From: Octopus sinensis | Lineage: Eukaryota | DNA: 64,000 nt | Reading direction: 5' to 3' | Assembly (NCBI RefSeq): GCF_006345805.1 | Contig: NC_043008.1 | Coordinates: forward strand, 44,020,001-44,084,000 | In this document: positions 27,171 to 41,496 of the stretch, in pieces | How the letters are laid out: every line of letters starts with the position of its first letter | How positions within the stretch are numbered: position 1 is the first letter of the stretch | Position numbers and translations under genes: made by a program | Notes under the pieces: generated by a model | Seen by the model: the letters and a program-made list of their open reading frames with translations, nothing else | Databases searched by the model: none | Told to the model about the DNA's origin: nothing

Positions 27171-29419
27171 CGTACACACACATACACACATACACAAATA
27201 TATACATATAAATATGTATGAATTTGTCTGTATGTGTGTGTTTGTGTCGACGTATGTGAGTGTGTATATATGCATCTTTTATATGTGTTTGCGGAATGTG
27301 AATTTTAAATGTCGATTTCCAGCCACGTATTGTAATTTCTCGACTGTCGTCATTTGTATAAATCCACCAGCGATACGATAATTAGTGGAAATAAATATAC
27401 ACTTGACATATGAATAGAAATTCTACAACGACATAGACTGCTTTAGTCTGGACATATATCTGTAAATGAAGCGATTCCATTGTCCTCTCAACCAAAAGTA
27501 TGATATACGCGTTAAGGCCGATTAAAATTCATCTGTTGCGTTGAAACGTTCAATAACTGACATTTTGCATTAAACGAGGTTAAAATATAGGTTGCATTCC
27601 GAGTTACAGAATAAATATTATAAATATTTTCTTAAGAAGATATAAAATATTTATTTATCTATTCACATGTGTCTTATAGCAATACTTTTCGCTACCTCAA
27701 GGAAAACGTGCCTCGTCTTTTCAAATTGATTTTATACATATATATACTATACATACAAAAGATCCCTGAACGAGGATTATTTAAGATGAACAAAAGAACC
27801 ATGTTTCCAGGGCTGAGTTATTCAAGCTCCAGAGAAATTCGTCTCAACACATTGCTATGATGCTCTTTCATTACTCCCGCTCGTAAACAGAAAGGCACAT
27901 ACTCTCAGCCACTAAGAGACATGCTTCTCTGGTTAAGGTCAAGCAACTGCCAAGAAACGTTTGTGGTATGGTGCAGAATATTTGCCGTAGCCCAGCAGTT
28001 GTATCATTCCAATCAGTTGAAATCAGAAGCTATGGGAGTCACTGCCTGGGACTGCATCAAGGCAGTCATTATTATTATTATTGTCATTTTCATTAGCATC
28101 TTTGCCTTTCATCGTTTCGGGGTTGATAAATTGAGTACAAGTTGAGTACTACTGTCGATGTAATCAACTTATTCCTACAACCGTTGTACCTATATCAGAA
28201 AGTAGTATTACACTTACGGTTATACATTTGTTTTGCAAGATTCTTGATGTGAAATCGTGTGTTGAAACAGATGTTGTTTAGAAATAGTCATTTTGCTAGT
28301 TTAGCCAATAAAGACACACGCACTATATATTTGGTGTTAATTTTCTTCAGACAGAGTACTTTCGTCACACTTCTGTGACTGCATCAGTGGTCCTTTGCTT
28401 TCTTCTTTCATATTCGTGTGTCTCTCCTTATTAACGGTTATTACTGTTATTATTATTTATTTTACTTTTAATATGCATGTTTGTTACAGTCATTTGCCAG
28501 TGTCTTGGGCCGAGTGAAGGTTAAGAGATATTACATTATGACTGAAAGAGTGAGGTGGGGAAGTGGCAGGCATGGTAGCGAAATATCTTCATGTAATACA
28601 ATACAGGCATTTAACTATGTGGGGTTTTTCTAAGGACGTGGGTAGTACTTGTCGCAACGATCTTTTGGATTTCTGAGAAACATGGTTCTCCTGGGATCAT
28701 AACTATATTTCTGAAATCCCTTTTCTTATCATACCTACTGCACCTACAATAACAAAAACATCTTTTGCATTTCAATTTCCAGGTCAATATATTTACTTAA
28801 TTTGTCAAGTTCCTTTATAGATATACTTTTATCAGTGAGGACATATCTATTAATCTAAAAGTATTTTCTTTTAGTATCTTCTTTTTCGGACTACTGGAAG
28901 TATTTTCTTTTTCGGACTACTGGAAGTACCAGGGGTCCAATGTCTTTGATTCTATTTTTCGAGTTTAGTTCAGTTTTTAGTATGAGACTTATTCTCCTTT
29001 TTGATGTAAATAATTTTTGGTGTTAACATGGTCCGATTTGAGTTTTTTTCTTCTACGGGAGGAAGAACAAGCCTTCTATCATACTCTCAATTTTGGCCAA
29101 CTTGCGCCGCAAGGTCTCGGAGCTCACAGTGTTCTTTTAAGGCTACCAAACATGCAATACACAGACAACTTCAGCTTTATATATATAGATTTCATATTTA
29201 AACGGTTTGATAATATCGAATATTGAATGACTCGGAATGGAATACTGAAGTGTGGTATGTATAAGTCTGAAAAAATTTTGAAAACTTGGCAAAGATAAAA
29301 AGCATAACAACAGAATCTCTGTCAGTTTTTTTTTCTACTTCTTTTTGAATATATTTCATTGGTTAATATTCACTTTTAACACTATTTCTCAGAAGCTTGT
29401 GAATGCGTTGTGCAGAAGA

Positions 29420-29967
29420 AGACGGAGAAAAAAACGAAGCGGGAGAAGGAGAGCAGTGGGAGAAGAAGAAGAAGAAGAAGAGAAGAAGAAGAAGAAGAAA
29501 AAGAAGAAGGAAAATAAAAGTTGATGAGGACGACGACTAGGATGATGGTGATGGTGATGGTGATGATGATGGGGAGGGGGAGGGGGATTTCAACGAACAA
29601 AAACAAATGAGAATCTAGTTTTATAGTGAGAAATAAGTAGAAGGGGCAATAATAGCAGGAGGGTGGAGGAGGGGGTGGAGGAGGAGGAGGAGGAGGAGAA
29701 GAAGAAGAAGAAGGAGAAAAGGAAGAAAAAGAAGAAGAAGGAGAAGGGGAAGAGAAGAAGAAGACGAAGAAGAAGAAGGGGAAGAGGGGAGAGAAGTAAA
29801 AGAAGAAGAAGAAAGAGAAGAAGAAGGAGAAAAGGAAGAAGAAGGAGAAGGGGAAGAGAAGAAGACGAAGAAGGAGAAGGAGAAGAAGAAGGAGAAGGGG
29901 AAGAGAAGAAGCAGAAGAAGAAGAAGTAGAAGAAGAAGAAGAAGAAGAGAAGAAGAAGAAGAAGAAG

Positions 29968-30000
<33 letters not shown>

Positions 30001-30010
30001 AAGAAGAAGT
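29420..30010. repeat. ~600-bp compound polypurine (GAA/GGA/GAT)n tract
   Basis: Direct reading. Confidence 0.95.
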
Positions 30011-30243
30011 GTGTAAGCAATGTGAAAAGAGAAACGTCTTAGTCTTATAAATAAGTAAGATTAACAATTTGGTTTCCTTCCCAAACGCACCAACAAAAGA
30101 AGACGAACGATACAATTACTCTTTAAAAAAATCATTCATAATTTAACCGTTCTTGCACTATCGAGAGTAATGTTTTACAAAATATCTCTATCTGCTACAT
30201 TAAAAATAAAAAGTGTACCTAGCTTTTTCGTACTTGCTTTTTT

Positions 30244-30274
<31 letters not shown>

Positions 30275-30536
30275 TTGGGTGGTGCGAGTGGTGGACGGGG
30301 GTTTCGTTAATAAGATGGGAATTGTATCAACTGCAGCAAAAATAAAAGAGAAACAGTGATGTAGATATGTCGTTATCTATTCTGTGAGAAATGAAACAAA
30401 TATAGGTATTATGATAAAATAATAATGTATTTTGATAAAGACAGGTGATAACGGTACTGGTTGTTGCCTACATTCTGATTGGAGAAATCAAAAGAGAAAG
30501 AAGCCAAAACATTTCAGCCAGACATCAGCAACCATT

Positions 30537-30545
30537 CTATCTATA

Positions 30546-30626
<81 letters not shown>

Positions 30627-30674
30627 CTCTATCTATCTATCTATCAATCTATCTATCTATCTATCTATCTATCT
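30537..30674. repeat. (ATCT)n microsatellite, 5' flank of Tx1 fragment
   Basis: Direct reading. Confidence 0.95.
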
Positions 30675-31607
30675 GAATGGCACCGCGAGTGTCGCGTTGC
30701 TCTCAAGCAACTCTGCCGTCCTGGGTCGACCTTAAGTGACTTCAACACAACCAAAGCATTCTATAGGGGTTTAGTGGAGGGGAGGTACGACGACGAGCTC
30801 GGGGCGAACCTGGACGTCGACGAGGGTACCTGACCCGCCTGTTCGGGACGACTTTCGGGCCAGGGCCCATGGACAACTTCCAGAGATCCTGGCCTGGCAG
30901 TGCTACCGAGAAGCGCTACCCGTTCGGGATAAGCTCTACAGACACGGCTCGAGAAACACGGGGCCGACCTGCCCGAGATGCGGTCAGAGCGACGAAACCG
31001 TTCTGCACGCACTCGTTCAGTGTCCAACAATTTCCGACCTGTGGGCTTATGTCGAACAACTGCTGTCACGTGTGGGACGAGTCGGTTTATCAGCTGAGTC
31101 TATCGTCAATATGTCACGCCTCCTTCCTTCAAACGGAAGGAAGAGCTATTTTCATCATCCTTGTGTGGCTATGGCGAAAGAATGTATCTGGTGGACGCGT
31201 CTGAAAGGATTGGAGACAAACACTTTCCTCTCTGGTCAATCTCTCATCAACTTCTTCAAGTACCACTTGAAAAGAAAGTGAGAGTAGAGAGGCAAGTTTT
31301 GTCTAGCGAATGTTTTAAAAAAAGATGGGTGAATGTTGCAAGAATGGCACGTATGAATGACGAAGCCACCTTGAGCATAGTCCTATGAACCCAGAAATCG
31401 AAAACAGAGAGTTACTTATTTGCAAAAAAAAAAAAAAAAGAAATATAAAATGTGACTTCATTGACCGAGGTTACCGTGGTCTTTTCCGTAGGCTTTTCTT
31501 TCCACGATAAACCTCACCTGTCCTCCCCTTTACACTTCATATTGACATTTCTGTGATAACGATCCCTATTGATCATTTTTTTTTTTTTTTTTTTTTTTTC
31601 CTCTCCC

Positions 31608-31650
<43 letters not shown>

Positions 31651-31805
31651 CCCTTTTTTTTTGTCCTCTTTCTCTCCTTTTACGATCCCTTTTGATCGAA
31701 CCTCCCCCTTCCTATTTTTTTTTTTTTTTAATACCTTCAAAAGAAAAGCTCTACCTTGTAATTTGTTCTATCTGTGTGCAGCCCTGTGTGGCTAATAAAG
31801 AAACA

Positions 31806-31806
<1 letters not shown>
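30675..31806 (+). mobile_element. 5'-truncated Tx1/L1-clade non-LTR retrotransposon (ORF2 C-terminus with frameshifts + 3' UTR)
   Basis: LAWQCYREALPVRDKL and CPRCGQSDETVLHALVQC (CCHC, 30970-31023) = zf-RVT region; ORF ends 31388; T-rich 3' UTR; AATAAA 31794-31799. Confidence 0.85.
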
Positions 31807-31871
<65 letters not shown>

Positions 31872-31872
31872 A

Positions 31873-31921
<49 letters not shown>

Positions 31922-31922
31922 C

Positions 31923-31972
<50 letters not shown>

Positions 31973-32012
31973 TTATCTATCTATATATCTATCTATATCT
32001 ATCAATCTATCT
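31807..32012. repeat. (ATCT)n microsatellite, 3' flank of Tx1 fragment
   Basis: Direct reading. Confidence 0.95.
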
Positions 32013-34505
32013 GTGTGTGCGTGCGTGTTTGTATTCATATATGTGTATATGTATATACATATGATATATCGAGTATGCGATACAGTCATATATATATATA
32101 AATATATACATACATACATATATACGTATGTGTGACTGTGTGTATGTATGTATATATATATATACATACATATACACATATATGTATGTAAGTATGTATA
32201 TATGTGTGTGTGCGTATGTATATATATTATATATAAATACACACACAAACACACACACATACACACACCTATACATTTATATATAAATACATGTATATGT
32301 TTTGTGTATAGATATATGTGTGCGTGTATAATTCTTAGTTTGTAATAATTTACTCACCAAGTTTACAATTTCAGAACGCTATTTTCACACCTGGCAAATG
32401 ATTGCTATTTACTGTATTTTGATGAGATAATATGTAAATATACAATTATAAAACAGACATGATGACTACAATCACAGCCGAATGGTGCTGAAGACCATTT
32501 CCGAAAAATATAGACCCCCGAGTTCGACTTATTTGATCGGTACCATGGACAATTTTCTGAAAATCCTCTCGAGGTGACCCCTCAATCGTTCGGTTCCTGC
32601 GATGCTGACAAACCGGCTGACAAAACTGGAGCTATGTCTCGTGTGGAGATTGAGGAGCTGCACTCAATTTAGGCGCAAAATATACAGCCACGAAAACTAA
32701 CGCACGGACGTAGCGGGAAACTTATTCAATGTTCTAAACTTAATCACGTGTTCATTCTCCACAACACCCGACAGAAAACATTCAAAGCATTGATTCTTTC
32801 GTTCTACCACTAGACTCGCTCACTCAACCGTGTCAGCCTTAACGAATGGCGCTAAAAAGTGTCACTTGACACTACCAATCAAAACATTTTCAAAGCATAT
32901 TATAATTCAAACTGTCGGCCATCAAAGCCACCGTCGGTCAATCCGCAGGTATTTAGCGGGCAAAACGTCAAATGATATTCTTGTTGAAGAATAACACACA
33001 CACATACATGTACGTGTTTGTGTGTGTGTTCGTGCTCATGCTTGCCCGCCAACTCCGCTTGATAACCGGTGTTGGTTCCTTTACATCTCCATATCTAGCG
33101 GTTCGTCAAAAAGTGCCAGAGAGAATTAGAATCAGGCCTGGGTTCGATTTGTTCGATTAATCACTTGAAGGCATTCGAGAAGCATAGTTGGTGTCTAATC
33201 TGGAAACAATACATAAAAGAGTGAATAAAGGTTGTTACAAATATACACAGACACCTATATGTATGTGTATGTGCGTGCGTGCGTGTGTGTGCATGTCTGT
33301 ATTTCTGTATGTCTCTGTGTGTATGAGAGAGCGAGAAAGTATAATAATGCGTATGATTTGCTGGTATGTATGTGAAATTTTATTCATGCAGATACCGAAT
33401 GCAGAAATTGTTATCGTATTTAATATATTATTACAAATACGATCATGTACTATTATAAGAATGGTGTTCTAATCAGTCTGAAATATATTATACTGTGTGT
33501 GATGCGATCCATCTGATAACAAAATCAATACATACTACAGTAGGCCAATTACATCGTGGAAGACACATATTAATCATTCAAAAGCACACAGACTGATGAA
33601 TTTACATAAATATTTATTATTTGGTGTTAAAATTTTCGTCGCACCGCCTGGAACCTTGTGACTGCCGCTGCTCCACCGCATCTGGTTTGTGCCGAGTTTG
33701 TTGATCGGTATATTTAAGTTTCAGGGTTATTAATGTTTTCATCTGTACAGGTCAGTCATTTCGGGTAGGTCTTCATAACTGGTCAGATTACTTCGTATTT
33801 CATTTAACTTCACTTACCCTCTCTTCTCTCTTTTTTCTCTCTCTCTTTACAATCACACTTAACAAGTCAAAAATTGATGACTTTAAAGAAAAGGAAATAC
33901 CATAAGCTACCGAAGAAGAGAAAATCAGATGGGGTAAGTGCAAAATGCTGTACGGGTCGCAGCAGATGTGGGAGTAGAAATGTTGATAGTAGTTATAACC
34001 GCAGTGGTAACAGTAGATGACTTCATTTTAATATATTTAATGTGGCGAATATTGGGCTGCCGGGAAATAATTATTTCAAGGGGAAAATGAGTGCATAAAT
34101 GACTTTAAATATTGTTTACCTGTAGGGAGTTAACGGAGACAACACCAAGAATGTTTTAGTCATAGTGTGAGGTGTTCATTGAGCTTTACCACTCGCTACT
34201 ATACACAGGCCGATGCACGGATGAGTGAACGTTTAATCAAATATGCATGACTGCTCATTTATAGATATAGAAATATACATATGTTTAAGGAATGGATATT
34301 TATAAGAGTAAGGTTATTGTTATTGTTCCGAGAATTTTTAATTACTTAAAGAAATTTGTGTGTGCGCGGAGGGGGTCATATTTAAAGGCGATAACCAATT
34401 TGATGTGCTTTAGAGCTTTAATAGATTTTAATGTATGAATTACTATAAATACTGATATGAATAGGATTATGTTTAATATATTTAATCTTAAACACACACA
34501 CACAT

Positions 34506-34604
<99 letters not shown>

Positions 34605-35041
34605 TAGACTGAGAGAACTGAAAGAGAAAAACCGTTCTTCACAAAAATCTTTAAAGAGTAAATACAGAATATCTCACTTCTTAAAATTATGTAATATTAA
34701 CAAAGTTTTTATCGGGAATTTGATACGAAGTGTAACATAATCTTGTAAGATTTTCTCCTGAAAATATTGTATCGAATCACGGTGTCTGTAACTAGATTCT
34801 CCTCCTATATGTATCTTGGATACAGCTGTAATAGCAATTCTGATAATTTGGAATGCTACTGATCAAAGACACTTTAGTGACATCCTTCTGTGATATTTTT
34901 TACTGTAATGTTATTGAACAACTGCAAAATGTATTTTATGCGATATCTACTGCTTTAACTCAGTGTTGGTATATTGCACTAAAGTTCAAGGACCACCACT
35001 ATGAGGTTAATCAATGTTTAGCGCGATATTCCTTAAAGTAA

Positions 35042-35364
35042 GTGCCTCTCTGTCGGTTACGACGACAAGGGTTCCAGTCGATTCGATCAACAGAGCAACC
35101 TGCTCGTGAAATTATCATGTCTGTGGCTGAGCAGTCCACGACCAGGTGTACCCTTAACGTAGTTTGCAGGAAGGTTCAACATGACACAGGGTGTGACAAG
35201 GTTGGCCCTTTGAAATACAGGTACTACAAATTTTTACCAGCTGAGTGAACTGGAGCAACGTGAAAATAAAATGTCTTGCTCAAGGACACAATGCGTCGCC
35301 GTGAATTGAACTCGCGACATTGCGATCGTGAGCCGATTAGCCTAACCACTAGGCTACGTGCCTT
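35042..35364 (-). mobile_element. tRNA-derived SINE family D (head shared with family C, different tail)
   Basis: Minus: TAGCCTAGTGG A box, GAGTTCAATTC B box, gtgtccttgagcaagaca, ttgctccagttcactcagctgg; tail cgtcgtaaccgacagagaggcac; partial + copy at 42461-42668. Confidence 0.75.
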
Positions 35365-36695
35365 AAAATAATAGCAGTTTAATTTGACATACCTGTAACA
35401 TCAGCTACGTAGAGAATTGTTTTAAGAAAACGTATCAAAGGAAATATTACTTTGTCTGTGCATCTTCAGAAACCCAGTGATGCAGGTACTGTGAAAATGA
35501 AAAAGTTGAAATGAGACATCGAAGTTACCGAAATATATTCTGGAGCATTTTCATCAAGCTACTTGTGTAAATCTGAAAAATATTTCACATTGAAATCTTA
35601 ATATAACAGATTCCATTCTAAGATCAAACGAATTTGAGGACGTAAGAGTACTAACCATAGGCTGAACATTATTCTATGTGAAATTTTTCTTGGAAGTCTT
35701 TTCTTCTGAACAATTTTGGAAATTCTTTGAAGTTCTTTAAATAACCTGTAAATATGCTGAGTATTCCGGCACTTTTTACATCATTGCGTCAAAATGTCTC
35801 TTTTATTTTAAGAATTACTTTAAAGCATTTCGTAAGGAAAGTGAAATCTTTTCCTACAAGATTGAAGAAGAGAATCGTGGTTCTGCTTCCAGGAATTCTC
35901 TGTACCATTTTATTTCATTTCAGAAACTAAAACTGTCAGACAATTCCCAAGTATTATTAATATTAACAAACCCTTTTAAATTCACTGTTACCCCTTATCA
36001 CTTTTATATTATTGAACATCAGCTAATCAATCACACAGACACACGCACGCACACACACACACACACACGAACTCTCCCGATAAGTATATACATATATATA
36101 CATGTACGCGTATGTGTGGGATATATATATATATATATATATGCATGATGTAAATATGTCTTTGAGTCCGTCGGTCTGGCTGTCTAAATGTATGTATGTA
36201 TGGCTTCCAATTTTTGTGCTCATATTTCTAAATGATTTATTGAAATAAATCCGGATTTTATGTTATATTATTTATGAATATTTCAGATATCGTTCTTTCT
36301 GTGTGTGAGAGCTATTTTCCGGACTATGTTGCTAAATATTTATGAGGAAGAAGTCTTGTAACTAGAAAGTATCATAATATGGCGAAGATATAGTGAAAAT
36401 ATATTAAAAAAATACCAATATATGAGTAGATTTCAATAAATGTTACGCTTTGCATTCAACGAAACCCCAGGAAGCAAAGCTTAGACAAATCTGATCTAGA
36501 CAACAGCAAATAAGGATAATAATATCTAAGCTAACACTCTTGAGAATGGTACTTTTGTGATACAATCAGAGAAAATGTTTAACACCAAAGCTCTGCATAT
36601 TCTATATTCGGTTCAAATGAGCAAACTAATCTAAATGAAAGACTTGGTTAGTATTTTCATATATCATATGTCATCGGTCTGGAATCCTGTATCGG

Positions 36696-37105
36696 AAGAA
36701 GTGGAGGGAACATAAGCCTGTCAAAATAGTGGAGAATGAAAACATAACCATTGGCTGGGATTTCAGCATTGTTATTCAACGAGCCACTGAGGCCAAGAAA
36801 CTAAATATTGTGGTGAAATATCATACTGAGAAAACATTTTATTCATAGAGATGCAAAACCATCAGACAGCAACATCTATGAAAGCATTTGAAAATTAAGG
36901 TAAATAAAAAATTACTTGAAACTGAAGTTCTAAAAATAGGGCATCTAAACATTACAACTGTATCAGTGATCATAGAAGCGCTGGAGAATAATTCTACGTC
37001 ACTCTCTTAAAGTCTATGTTCAAATTCCAGGAAGATCACAATAACAGAAGCACCAAAAATCCTTCTTACGCTTACCGGTCTCATCCTAAGAAAAAGCAGT
37101 CAACC
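36696..37105 (+). pseudogene. Old R4/Dong-clade LINE remnant (RLE endonuclease region)
   Basis: KKWREHKPVKIVENENITIGWDFSI...EAKKLNIVVK aligns with WYRHTPEKVTEDEKATILWDMPI...ANRPDIVV of the copy at 57 kb. Confidence 0.65.
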
Positions 37106-37277
37106 TAATGATTTAAAACTCTTTATTGTAATATTTGCAAATATTACAACAAACCGCTGACAAAAACCTCAATTCTCAGTATTTTGGTCTCCAGTTCTTG
37201 ATGTACATTATTTATACTAATAAATAGATATATATAAGTATATCTACACACACACATACACATACACACATATATAG

Positions 37278-37339
<62 letters not shown>

Positions 37340-37374
37340 TATGTGTATGTGTGTGTGAGTGTGTGTGTGTGTGT

Positions 37375-37537
37375 TTGTGTGTCTGTGTTTGTGCGTCTGT
37401 TTGTTTACGTCCCCCCTGAAAACGAGACCGATAAAGTAAGTACAAGGCTTACAAAGAATGAGTTCAGGGGTCGATTTGTTCGACCAAAGTCGGTGCTCCA
37501 GCATGGCCGCTCTCAAATGACTGAAGCAAATAAAAGA
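37375..37537 (+). mobile_element. SINE family A tail module only
   Basis: gtgtttgt...aagagaccgat-like...ggtgctccagcatggccgc...aaatgactgaagcaaataaaaga following a TA/TG run. Confidence 0.75.
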
Positions 37538-38155
37538 ATATATACATATGAATATATATGTGTGTATGTGTGTTTGAGCGTGTGTGTGTGCGTGGGTCTG
37601 TGTATCGTATTATTATTATTATATTGTGTATACCACCACTATTGTGTATACCACCATATACATCACTGTGAAAACCGAATTGCAGAAAAGTTCCTTGTAA
37701 CATTGGTGTTGTACCCATTGCCCCATGACACGAAGTAGTGATTGTTTACTGGAGAACATGAGATCTCATACTATTTTTTAATCTTTGCGATACGAAATTA
37801 ATCCTATTTCATAAAAAAAAACTTGTTAACCCAGTTTTCCAAGGTCACAAACAATTGGTCTATAAGATACAAATCACGATGGTACCTAGGCTAAACGAAG
37901 GATATTGTTAGAAATTCATTTTTTTTTACTATTAAGGAAATTAACACTTAATGGGAATGCCTTAAAAAACACGGTCAAAACTTTCCAACTTCTCTATTCA
38001 TTACATTTCGTGTTTTTCATATCTTTTTTCACCTGGATTCATTCCCGGCTCATCTTCAGGAATGTGTGTTTGTAAGTACGTGCGCGCATGTGTTCGGTGT
38101 GCGTATGCCTGTGTGTACATCAGAAATAGAGATAGATAGATAGATATATTGATAG

Positions 38156-38191
<36 letters not shown>

Positions 38192-38500
38192 TGTGTGTGC
38201 ATCTGTTTAAACGCAAGATATTGCTTTTGCATAATTTTTTTTTCTGTGACACATTCATTAGTATTTTAGTTCCCGGTAGGGAAATTCCCTGCTTATTTCA
38301 ACGGAAATACACGCGAAACCACACGGCGTCGCCGTAAATTTAGTACCGTTATGCGCACAATGTAGCTTTTCTGTTTTGTTTTTATTATATAACTATTTTT
38401 TTTTCTCGAAAGTGACATGTTTTGCAACGAATGACACAAATATATGTTAATACACTGTAAAGTGCATTTACTCTTGAGATAATAAGAGCAGAAAAAAAAC

Positions 38501-38550
<50 letters not shown>

Positions 38551-38583
38551 GTTATTATTATTATTATTATTTTATTATTATTG

Positions 38584-38794
38584 CAGCGGGAGCTGGCACA
38601 ATCGTTAGCACGCTGGGCGCAATGCTTAGCAGTATTTCGTTTGTATTTACGTTCTGAGTTCAAATTGCGCCCAGGTCGACTTTGCCTTTCATTATTTCGG
38701 GATCGATAAATTAAGTACCAGTTGCATTCTAGGGTCGATCTAATCGACTGGCCCCCTTCCTCAAAATTTCAGGCCTTGCGTCTGTAATAGGGGG

Positions 38795-38795
<1 letters not shown>
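38584..38795 (+). mobile_element. SINE family B monomer with alternative tail (type 2) ending in (TTA)n
   Basis: Head and body as at 5401; tail ggcccccttcctcaaaatttcaggccttg. Confidence 0.85.
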
Positions 38796-38840
<45 letters not shown>

Positions 38841-39063
38841 TATTATTATTATTATTATTATTTCTATGCTTGTATCAATGCGTAAGGAAACGATGAATTC
38901 CCTTTGATAAACATATCAGATTTAATAGCAACCATCAAGAATAAAGCCATCGCCCGACAATATAATTTAGCTTTGCATTACAATTTCACTCTATTCCTAA
39001 CAGGAAATACACTTTAATATTTGCAGAAATATTCGTCCTATCCACACACCCACACAAGGTATG

Positions 39064-39123
<60 letters not shown>

Positions 39124-39789
39124 CATACACACATACACATGTTTCTCTGTGCCTTTAGATTTTCTGTTCTTTCATCGAGTAACAATTTTTTCGTTTTAAA
39201 TATTACACAAAATGCTTGACTCAATATTCTTATTTCAAAAACAAGAAAAAACAAAGTTTTATACGAGTTTTATTTATTACAAAAATCTTGCCATGATTTA
39301 TTACCCGAATCTTCACTGGTCGATACTAAATATATCACTTTCGCTGATCGAATCAGCCAATATTTGTTATAATCTCACACTTGCTTACATTATATATTAG
39401 GATAAGCAGTAAATTTTCAGAAAATATTGCTTTCCTTTTACGTAGCTGCTAATCAACACTTTGCATCCATTAAATAATTTCTACATTTTCCTTTACCAAA
39501 GTTGGCTAAAATATGTTTTCATATTTGCTTCTTGTTTAAAATCTTTCCAAAGTTTTGCTGGTGTGGTAAATAGAAATTTCGAAAATTGTTTTAAAATTTC
39601 GAAATATTTATTAATTCTTAGCTTTTCTAGTTAATATTTACCCAAATATTTCAATAATTTTGGCGAGATTTCTGGCTTAATTTCGGCTGCATAACGACAT
39701 TTTTTTTTCCTGTATTAACTTATAATTTTTAATATATTTCATTTGAAGTATTTCGCTCTGTCTTGCAACATATACTTTCCCTCTGAGAC

Positions 39790-40070
39790 AGTGTTGTAGA
39801 TAATGTTGATGAGGATGGACATGCTGAAAGGTGAGGATAAGGAGGAAAATGCTGACGATGATTACGACGAAAATGACGATGATGATGATGATGAGGAAGA
39901 CGAGGTGGATGTCGATGATGATGATGACAGTGATGCTGATGTGGATAAAGACGCTGAAAAGGAGGAGTAGGATGACGGGGATGACGGTGCTAATGATGAA
40001 GATGATAATTATGATGATGATGATGACGACGATCTCAACGATGACGATTATGATGATGCCACTAACGAAC
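39790..40070. repeat. Degenerate (GAT/GAC/GAG)n microsatellite
   Basis: Direct reading. Confidence 0.85.
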
Positions 40071-40106
40071 TTGTCACGTGAAACACTATGGGATGTAGGA
40101 GCTTTA

Positions 40107-41180
40107 GGCTAAATATAAATCCTTTTTGTACATGGATGACTTAAACATCTTCGCCAAAAGTAAACAGCGAGAAATAATTAGAAAACCTTCTAAAAGTTGT
40201 CCATAGTTTCACCAAAGGCATAAATATGAGTATTAGATTAAATAAATGTATCAAAATGACATAAAGAAGACGCAAATTCACCAGCATTGAAAATATTTAC
40301 ACTAGATTTTGGCGCTGAAGTTAAAGAATTTGATTTTAGTTTCACTATTGCTTACATAATATATTAAGATGAGCAGTATGATAATCACCCATGCAAATAC
40401 ATGAGAAGAGATGAAATTTTATTAAATATTACATATAGAAATATTAGGCTGATATTAAAAAGCGAACTCAATGCTAGATATAAGATAATAGATATGAATG
40501 CGCTAAGCCATGCAAATCTTATGTTACAACCTCTATAGAATAAAATGGAATTTAAGAGAATTGGAAAATGTATATAGAAAAAACAATATACCACTGAGCG
40601 TATACAAAGGCAGTTATAGGCAGAATAAACCGAACCCGCACACGATGAAGATATGCCCTGATGCATATAGAGAACATCTTTGAAATAGCAAGAGTTGTCC
40701 TCGAGACATTCTTAGAAACACATAATATAGCAAAGAAACCAAATAAGAAGGAAGCGATAAAATCGAAAAATGAAATAGACTTCACAGAAACCATTCATTT
40801 ACGTCCTGAGTTCAAATTCTACCGAGGCCGACTTTGCCTTTCAGCTTTTCCGGGGTCGATCGCTGCCCCCAAACTCGCCGGCATTGTGACAAAATTTGAA
40901 CGTACAGACCAACAAGAAATAGTTGGTCTTTACATCCTGATTTCAAATTCTACCGAGGCCGACTTTGCCTTTCATCTTTTCCGGGGTCGATCGCTGCCCC
41001 CAAACTCGCCGGCCGATCGCTGCCCGCAAACTTGCCGGCCTTGTGCCAAAATTTGAAATCAGTACAGCAAGAAACGAAAAAGTATATCAACAGAAGAATT
41101 CTACAGCCACATCGGATTTCTAACAGAATACTGCACATATCTCAGGAAAATGGAAATGTACCAGGTGATGCCGTGGAAAC
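40107..41180 (+). pseudogene. Decayed, internally deleted R4/Dong-like LINE (RT motif and 3' end) interrupted by SINE B pieces
   Basis: FLYMDDLNIFAK with YMDD at 40129-40140; actgcacatatctcaggaaa (cf. TAHILRK) near 41130. Confidence 0.55.
40795..41058 (+). mobile_element. Internally deleted SINE B tandem dimer
   Basis: Two copies of ttcaaattctaccgaggccgactttgcctttca..ttttccggggtcgatcgctgcccccaaactcgccggc. Confidence 0.8.
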
Positions 41181-41452
41181 ACGAATGGAATTAACGAAGG
41201 CGGGGGGAAAATGTCGTAATTAACGCAGTGATATCGGCTTCCTGATCTGCATGCAACTCCATCAACCTCGTCGTCGTCGTCGTCATCGTCCCCTTCATCA
41301 TAATCATAATCATGTTCTTATTAGCAACCGCATCCTGTTTGTTATTCATTTAGTTCAAGGATTTATCGTAATTTTGTTGGTTTTAAATTTGGCTGCATAT
41401 AATCTTTCTTTTTGCCTTATTTTTGCAACTTCTAAAAGTTCACACACAGACA

Positions 41453-41496
<44 letters not shown>

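Noticed and set aside
29382-30115. Poly-Phe/Ser/Leu and poly-Glu/Lys/Arg ORFs
   Set aside because: Products of the GAA tract.
32484-32510. CTGAAGA...GAAA
   Set aside because: The intervening CCATTTCC cannot form stem II, and there is no stem III.
38025-38060. Minus-strand CTGAAGA-TGA-hairpin-GAAA
   Set aside because: A plausible stem II, but three extra bases in the core and no stem III or cleavage triplet; at best a very decayed relic.
39790-40112. Acidic/Met-rich reading frames
   Set aside because: Degenerate (GAT)n repeat with in-frame stops; no splice support.
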